Below, one piece after another: positions 55,530 through 64,000 of a DNA stretch of 64,000 bases (position 1 is the first letter of the stretch; every line of letters starts with the position of its first letter). The stretch is from Auanema rhodensis (taxonomy: Eukaryota > Animalia > Nematoda): positions 8,680,001-8,744,000 of the forward strand of contig OZ059900.1 in assembly GCA_964057225.1 (NCBI GenBank). The letters are read 5' to 3'. The notes under the pieces are model-generated. The model was not told the origin of the DNA. It did no database searches and saw nothing but the letters and a program-made list of their open reading frames with translations. The translations under genes and the position numbers were made by a program.

Positions 55530-58300
55530 AGTTTTCACATGTTTTGTACCCAAAATCGTTGAATATATGGCGTTTTGAGCATAAAAAGGCCCATATTTCA
55601 ATCAGTTTTGATATTCGTGCAAAACAGACCTATATGAACATTCTATGACAGTATTTCATACATTTAGTCGTTTTAGAAGAAAAAAATATGCTTAAGATCA
55701 AAAGTTTGACTGATTTAGCCAAAATGTCCTTCAAACCCCAAAAAACCTATAATTCTTGATATTTTCGGTCCTTTTTGACCAAAGTGGTTAAAATTGAACA
55801 TATATATGTAAAAATAGTCAAAGTTTATGAATCCTGAATTTCAAATCCATATCTCAAAGGGTCTGATCAAAACATACAGTTTTCACATGTTTTGTACCCA
55901 AACTCGTTGAATATATGGCGTTTTGAGCATAAAAAGGCCCATATTTCAATCAGTTTTGATATTCGTGCAAAACAGACCTATATGAACATTCTATGACAGT
56001 ATTTCATACATTTAGTCGTTTTAGAAGAAAAAAATATGCTTAAGATCAAAAGTTTGACTGATTTAGCCAAAATGTCCTTCAAACCCCAAAAAACCTATAA
56101 TTCTTGATATTTTCGGTCCTTTTTGACCAAAGTGGTTAAAATTAAACATATATATGTGAAAATAGTCAAAGTTTATGAATCCTGAATTTCAAATTCATAT
56201 CTCAAAGGGTCTGATCAAAACATACAGTTTTCACATGTTTTGTACCCAAAATCGTTGAATATATGGCGTTTTGAGCATAAAAAGGCCCATATTTCAATCA
56301 GTTTTGATATTCGTGCAAATTACACCTATATCAACATTCTATGACAGTATTCCATACATTTAGTCGTTTTAGAAGAAAAAAATATGCTTAAGATCAAAAG
56401 TTTGACTGATTTTGCCAAAATGCCCTTCAAACCCCAAAAAACCAATAATTCTTGATATTTTCGGTCCTTTTTGACCAAAGTGGTTAAAATTGGACATATA
56501 TATGTGAAAATAGTCGAAGTTTATGAATCCTGAATTTCAAATCCATATCTCAAAGGGTCTGATAAAAACATACAGTTTTCACATGTTTTGTACCCAAAAT
56601 CGTTGAATATATGGCGTTTTGAGCATAAAAAGGCCCATATTTCAATCAGTTTTGATATTCGTGCAAAATACACCTATATGAACATTCTATGACAGTATTT
56701 CATACATTTAGTCGTTTTAGAAGAAAAAAATATGCTTAAGATCAAAAGTTTGACTGATTTTGCCAAAATGCTCTTCAATCCCCAAAAAACCAATAATTCT
56801 TGATATTTTCGGTCCTTTTTGACCAAAGTGGTTAAAATTGAACATATATATGTAAAAATAGTCAAAGTTTATGAATCCTGAATTTCAAATCCATATCTCA
56901 AAGGGTCTGATCAAAACATACAGTTTTCACATGTTTTGTACCCAAAATCGTTGAATATATGGCGTTTTGAGCATAAAAAGGCCCATATTTCAATCAGTTT
57001 TGATATTCGTGCAAAACAGACCTATATGAACATTCTATGACAGTATTTCATACATTTAGTCGTTTTAGAAGAAAAAAATATGCTTAAGATCAAAAGTTTG
57101 ACTGATTTAGCCAAAATGTCCTTCAAACCCCAAAAAACCTATAATTCTTGATATTTTCGGTCCTTTTTGACCAAAGTGGTTAAAATTGAACATATATATG
57201 TAAAAATAGTCAAAGTTTATGAATCCTGAATTTCAAATCCATATCTCAAAGGGTCTGATCAAAACATACAGTTTTCACATGTTTTGTACCCAAACTCGTT
57301 GAATATATGGCGTTTTGAGCATAAAAAGGCCCATATTTCAATCAGTTTTGATATTCGTGCAAAACAGACCTATATGAACATTCTATGACAGTATTTCATA
57401 CATTTAGTCGTTTTAGAAGAAAAAAATATGCTTAAGATCAAAAGTTTGACTGATTTAGCCAAAATGTCCTTCAAACCCCAAAAAACCTATAATTCTTGAT
57501 ATTTTCGGTCCTTTTTGACCAAAGTGGTTAAAATTAAACATATATATGTGAAAATAGTCAAAGTTTATGAATCCTGAATTTCAAATTCATATCTCAAAGG
57601 GTCTGATCAAAACATACAGTTTTCACATGTTTTGTACCCAAAATCGTTGAATATATGGCGTTTTGAGCATAAAAAGGCCCATATTTCAATCAGTTTTGAT
57701 ATTCGTGCAAATTACACCTATATCAACATTCTATGACAGTATTCCATACATTTAGTCGTTTTAGAAGAAAAAAATATGCTTAAGATCAAAAGTTTGACTG
57801 ATTTTGCCAAAATGCCCTTCAAACCCCAAAAAACCAATAATTCTTGATATTTTCGGTCCTTTTTGACCAAAGTGGTTAAAATTGGACATATATATGTGAA
57901 AATAGTCGAAGTTTATGAATCCTGAATTTCAAATCCATATCTCAAAGGGTCTGATAAAAACATACAGTTTTCACATGTTTTGTACCCAAAATCGTTGAAT
58001 ATATGGCGTTTTGAGCATAAAAAGGCCCATATTTCAATCAGTTTTGATATTCGTGCAAAATACACCTATATGAACATTCTATGACAGTATTTCATACATT
58101 TAGTCGTTTTAGAAGAAAAAAATATGCTTAAGATCAAAAGTTTGACTGATTTTGCCAAAATGCTCTTCAATCCCCAAAAAACCAATAATTCTTGATATTT
58201 TCGGTCCTTTTTGACCAAAGTGGTTAAAATTGAACATATATATGTAAAAATAGTCAAAGTTTATGAATCCTGAATTTCAAATCCATATCTCAAAGGGTCT
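55530..58300. repeat. Tandem 4-monomer higher-order repeat (1392 bp x 2)
   Basis: The private variant TCTGATAAAAAC occurs at about 56564/57956. ORFs map 56674 to 58066. AAAACAGACC pairs are spaced at +1392. Confidence 0.9.
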
Positions 58301-58419
58301 GATCAAAACATACAGTTTTCACATGTTTTGTACCCAAAATCGTTGAATATATGGCGTTTTGAGCATAAAAAGGCCCATATTTCAATCAGTTTTGATATTC
58401 GTGCAAAATACACCTATAT

Positions 58420-59950
58420 GAACATTCTATGACAGTATTTCATACATTTAGTCGTTTTAGAAGAAAAAAATATGCTTAAGATCAAAAGTTTGACTGATTT
58501 TGCCAAAATGCCCTTCAATCCCCAAAAAACCAATAATTCTTGATATTTTCGGTCCTTTTTGACCAAAGTGGTTAAAATTGGACATAAATATGTAAAATTA
58601 GTCAAAGTTTATGAATCCTGAATTTCAAATCCATATCTCAAAGGGCCTGATCAAAACATACAGTTTCACATGTTTTGTACCCAAAATCGTTGAATAGATG
58701 GCGTTTTGAGCATAAAAAGGCCCATATTTCAATCAGTTTCGATATTCGTGCAAAATACACCTATATCAACATTCTATGACAGTATTCCATACATTTAGTC
58801 GTTTTAGAAGAAAAAAATATGCTTAAGATCAAAAGTTTGACTGATTTTGCCAAAATGCCCTTCAATCCCCAAAAAACCAATAATTCTTGATATTTTCGGT
58901 CCTTTTTGACCAAAGTGGTTAAAATTGAACATATATATGTAAAAATAGTCAAAGTTTATGAATCCTGAATTTCAAATCCATATCTCAAAGGGTCTGATCA
59001 AAACATACAGTTTTCACATGTTTTGTACCCAAACTCGTTGAATATATGGCGTTTTGAGCATAAAAAGGCCCATATTTCAATCAGTTTTGATATTCGTGCA
59101 AAATACACCTAAATGAACATTCTATGACAGTATTTCATACATTTAGTCGTTTTAGAAGAAAAAAATATGCTTAAGATCAAAAGTTTGACTGATTTTGCCA
59201 AAATGCCCTTCAATCCCCAAAAAACCAATAATTCTTGATATTTTCGGTCCTTTTTGACCAAAGTGGTTAAAATTGGACATAAATATGTAAAATTAGTCAA
59301 AGTTTATGAATCCTGAATTTCAAATCCATATCTCAAAGGGTCTGATCAAAACATACAGTTTCACATGTTTTGTACCCAAAATCGTTGAATATATGGCGTT
59401 TTGAGCATAAAAAGGCCCATATTTCAATCAGTTTCGATATTCGTGCAAAATACACCTATATCAACATTCTATGACAGTATTCCATACATTTAGTCGTTTT
59501 AGAAGAAAAAAATATGCTTAAGATCAAAAGTTTGACTGATTTTGCCAAAATGCCCTTCAATCCCCAAAAAACCAATAATTCTTGATATTTTCGGTCCTTT
59601 TTGACCAAAGTGGTTAAAATTGAACATATATATGTAAAAATAGTCAAAGTTTATGAATCCTGAATTTCAAATCCATATCTCAAAGGGTCTGATCAAAACA
59701 TACAGTTTTCACATGTTTTGTACCCAAACTCGTTGAATATATGGCGTTTTGAGCATAAAAAGGCCCATATTTCAATCAGTTTTGATATTCGTGCAAAATA
59801 CACCTAAATGAACATTCTATGACAGTATTTCATACATTTAGTCGTTTTAGAAGAAAAAAATATGCTTAAGATCAAAAGTTTGACTGATTTTGCCAAAATG
59901 CCCTTCAATCCCCAAAAAACCAATAATTCTTGATATTTTCGGTCCTTTTT
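58420..59950. repeat. Tandem dimer duplication (695 bp = 2 monomers minus 1 bp)
   Basis: Both copies share a 1-bp deletion (CAGTTTCACA at about 58665 and 59360) and AAATTAGTC. ORFs map 58414 to 59109 and 58761 to 59456. Confidence 0.92.
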
Positions 59951-62900
59951 GACCAAAGTGGTTGAAATTGGACATAAATATGTAAAAATAGTCAAAGTTC
60001 ATGAATCGTGAATTTCAAATCCATATCTCAAAGGGTCTGATCAAAACATACAGTTTTCACATGTTTTGTACCCAAAATCGTTGAATATATGGCGTTTTGA
60101 GCATAAAAAGGCCCATATTTCAATCAGTTTCCATATTCGTGCAAAATACACCTATATCAACATTCTATGACAGTATTCCATACATTTAGTCGTTTTAGAA
60201 GAAAAAAATATGCTTAAGATCAAAAGTTTGACTGATTTTGCCAAAATGCTCTTCAATCCCCAAAAAACCAATAATTCTTGATGTTTTCGGTCCTTTTTGA
60301 CCAAAGTGGTTAAAATTGAACATATATATGTAAAAATAGTCAAAGTTTATGAATCCTGAATTTCAAATCCATATCTCAAAGGGTCTGATCAAAACATACA
60401 GTTTTCACATGTTTTGTACCCAAACTCGTTGAATATATGGCGTTTTGAGCATAAAAAGGCCCATATTTCAATCAGTTTTGATATTCGTGCAAAACAGACC
60501 TATATGAACATTCTATGACAGTATTTCATACATTTAGTCGTTTTAGAAGAAAAAAATATGCTTAAGATCAAAAGTTTGACTGATTTAGCCAAAATGTCCT
60601 TCAAACCCCAAAAAACCTATAATTCTTGATATTTTCGGTCCTTTTTGACCAAAGTGGTTAAAATTGAACATATATATGTGAAAATAGTCAAAGTTTATGA
60701 ATCCTGAATTTCAAATCCATATCTCAAAGGGTCTGATCAAAACATACAGTTTTCACATGTTTTGTACCCAAAATCGTTGAATATATGGCGTTTTGAGCAT
60801 AAAAAGGCCCATATTTCAATCAGTTTTGATATTCGTGCAAAACAGACCTATATGAACATTCTATGACAGTATTTCATACATTTAGTCGTTTTAGAAGAAA
60901 AAAATATGCTTAAGATCAAAAGTTTGACTGATTTAGCCAAAATGTCCTTCAAACCCCAAAAAACCTATAATTCTTGATATTTTCGGTCCTTTTTGACCAA
61001 AGTGGTTAAAATTAAACATATATATGTGAAAATAGTCAAAGTTTATGAATCCTGAATTTCAAATTCATATCTCAAAGGGTCTGATCAAAACATACAGTTT
61101 TCACATGTTTTGTACCCAAAATCGTTGAATATATGGCGTTTTGAGCATAAAAAGGCCCATATTTCAATCAGTTTTGATATTCGTGCAAATTACACCTATA
61201 TCAACATTCTATGACAGTATTCCATACATTTAGTCGTTTTAGAAGAAAAAAATATGCTTAAGATCAAAAGTTTGACTGATTTTGCCAAAATGCCCTTCAA
61301 ACCCCAAAAAACCAATAATTCTTGATATTTTCGGTCCTTTTTGACCAAAGTGGTTAAAATTGGACATATATATGTGAAAATAGTCGAAGTTTATGAATCC
61401 TGAATTTCAAATCCATATCTCAAAGGGTCTGATCAAAACATACAGTTTTCACATGTTTTGTACCCAAAATCGTTGAATATATGGCGTTTTGAGCATAAAA
61501 AGGCCCATATTTCAATCAGTTTCGATATTCGTGCAAAATACACCTATATCAACATTCTATGACAGTATTCCATACATTTAGTCGTTTTAGAAGAAAAAAA
61601 TATGCTTAAGATCAAAAGTTTGACTGATTTTGCCAAAATGCCCTTCAATCCCCAAAAAACCAATAATTCTTGATATTTTCGGTCCTTTTTGACCAAAGTG
61701 GTTAAAATTGAACATATATATGTAAAAATAGTCAAAGTTTATGAATCCTGAATTTCAAATCCATATCTCAAAGGGTCTGATCAAAACATACAGTTTTCAC
61801 ATGTTTTGTACCCAAAATCTTGAATATATGGCGTTTTGAGCATAAAAAGGCCCATATTTCAATCAGTTTCGATATTCGTGCAAAATACACCTATATCAAC
61901 ATTCTATGACAGTATTCCATACATTTAGTCGTTTTAGAAGAAAAAAATATGCTTAAGATCAAAAGTTTGACTGATTTTGCCAAAATGCCCTTCAATCCCC
62001 AAAAAACCAATAATTCTTGATATTTTCGGTCCTTTTTGACCAAAGTGGTTAAAATTGAACATATATATGTAAAAATAGTCAAAGTTTATGAATCCTGAAT
62101 TTCAAATCCATATCTCAAAGGGTCTGATCAAAACATACAGTTTTCACATGTTTTGTACCCAAAATCGTTGAATATATGGCGTTTTGAGCATAAAAAGGCC
62201 CATATTTCAATCAGTTTCGATATTCGTGCAAAATACACCTATATCAACATTCTATGACAGTATTCCATACATTTAGTCGTTTTAGAAGAAAAAAATATGC
62301 TTAAGATCAAAAGTTTGACTGATTTTGCCAAAATGCCCTTCAATCCCCAAAAAACCAATAATTCTTGATATTTTCGGTCCTTTTTGACCAAAGTGGTTAA
62401 AATTGAACATATATATGTAAAAATAGTCAAAGTTTATGAATCCTGAATTTCAAATCCATATCTCAAAGGGTCTGATCAAAACATACAGTTTTCACATGTT
62501 TTGTACCCAAAATCGTTGAATATATGGCGTTTTGAGCATAAAAAGGCCCATATTTCAATCAGTTTCGATATTCGTGCAAAATACACCTATATCAACATTC
62601 TATGACAGTATTCCATACATTTAGTCGTTTTAGAAGAAAAAAATATGCTTAAGATCAAAAGTTTGACTGATTTTGCCAAAATGCCCTTCAATCCCCAAAA
62701 AACCAATAATTCTTGATATTTTCGGTCCTTTTTGACCAAAGTGGTTAAAATTGAACATATATATGTAAAAATAGTCAAAGTTTATGAATCCTGAATTTCA
62801 AATCCATATCTCAAAGGGTCTGATCAAAACATACAGTTTTCACATGTTTTGTACCCAAACTCGTTGAATATATGGCGTTTTGAGCATAAAAAGGCCCATA

Positions 62901-64000
62901 TTTCAATCAGTTTTGATATTCGTGCAAAATACACCTAAATGAACATTCTATGACAGTATTTCATACATTTAGTCGTTTTAGAAGAAAAAAATATGCTTAA
63001 GATCAAAAGTTTGACTGATTTTGCCAAAATGCCCTTCAATCCCCAAAAAACCAATAATTCTTGATATTTTCGGTCCTTTTTGACCAAAGTGGTTAAAATT
63101 GGACATAAATATGTAAAAATAGTCAAAGTTTATGAATCCTGAATTTCAAATCCATATCTCAAAGGGTCTGATCAAAACATACAGTTTTCACATGTTTTGT
63201 ACCCAAAATCGTTGAATATATGGCGTTTTGAGCATAAAAAGGCCCATATTTCAATCAGTTTCGATATTCGTGCAAAATACACCTATATCAACATTCTATG
63301 ACAGTATTCCATACATTTAGTCGTTTTAGAAGAAAAAAATATGCTTAAGATCAAAAGTTTGACTGATTTTGCCAAAATGCCCTTCAATCCCCAAAAAACC
63401 AATAATTCTTGATATTTTCGGTCCTTTTTGACCAAAGTGGTTAAAATTGGACATAAATATGTAAAAATAGTCAAAGTTCATGAATCGTGAATTTCAAATC
63501 CATATCTCAAAGGTTCTGATCAAAACATACAGTTTTCACATGTTTTGTACCCAAAATCGTTGAATATATGGCGTTTTGAGCATAAAAAGGCCCATATTTC
63601 AATCAGTTTCCATATTCGTGCAAAATACACCTATATCAACATTCTATGACAGTATTCCATACATTTAGTCGTTTTAGAAGAAAAAAATATGCTTAAGATC
63701 AAAAGTTTGACTGATTTAGCCAAAATGTCCTTCAAACCCCAAAAAACCTATAATTCTTGATATTTTCGGTCCTTTCTGACCAAAGTGGTTAAAATTGAAC
63801 ATATATATGTGAAAATAGTCAAAGTTTATGAATCCTGAATTTCAAATTCATATCTCAAAGGGTCTGATCAAAACATACAGTTTTCACATGTTTTGTACCC
63901 AAAATCGTTGAATATATGGCGTTTTGAGCATAAAAAGGCCCATATTTCAATCAGTTTTGATATTCGTGCAAATTACACCTATATCAACATTCTATGACAG

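Larger units (their letters stand above)
1..64000. repeat. Tandem satellite DNA array, 348-bp monomer, about 184 copies, single orientation, running off both window ends
   Basis: TAGAAGAAAAAAATATGCTTAAGATC starts at 1, 349, 697 and so on. ORF-track copies are spaced at multiples of 348 (305, 653, 1001...). Phase is shifted by only six small indels, net -10 bp. No non-repeat sequence was seen. Confidence 0.99.

Noticed and set aside
305-63474. About 110 near-identical 63-100 aa minus-strand ORFs (MTIFTYICPILTTLVKKDRKYQELL...)
   Set aside because: They are one per monomer and start at a TTG that exists only when monomer position 147 is A. They are freely lost through stop or start variants, and their length depends on single SNVs (CCTA vs CGTA). 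There is no recognisable domain and many variants are non-synonymous. They are chance ORFs in a satellite, not a gene array.
1-64000. CRISPR-like array, or a repeat/variable-cassette system (integron, antigenic variation, diversity-generating retroelement)
   Set aside because: There are no unique spacers or cargo between repeats: the entire 348 bp repeats with only point differences. No cas, integrase, recombinase or reverse transcriptase ORF is present.
1-64000. One giant repeat-protein reading frame (348 is divisible by 3)
   Set aside because: The ORF track shows no ORF longer than 100 aa, so no frame stays open across a full monomer.

Overview
The whole 64-kb window is one uninterrupted head-to-tail tandem array of a 348-bp AT-rich monomer (about 184 copies; 111 G+C in the first 348 bp, about 32% GC). 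All copies are in the same orientation and differ from each other at only a few percent of sites. It looks like eukaryotic satellite DNA of the (peri)centromeric or heterochromatic kind, but I cannot assign a species or named family. I see no gene, RNA gene, transposon insertion, inversion or CRISPR array, and the ORF track is a by-product of the repeat. The informative structure has three parts. (i) Each monomer contains a ~60-bp imperfect palindrome, several short dyads and ~10-bp-phased A/T tracts. (ii) Shared rare variants reveal local higher-order duplications at offsets of 2, 4, 5, 6, 14, 16, 20 and 25 monomers, with no single fixed HOR period. (iii) The array divides into variant domains (about 1-20 kb, 20-39 kb, 40-61 kb, 58-64 kb), with a mutation-rich monomer at one boundary and some variants shared over 20-40 kb. 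I found no support for a novel protein-coding system. All comparisons were made by eye and from ORF-track coordinates, so block edges are approximate.
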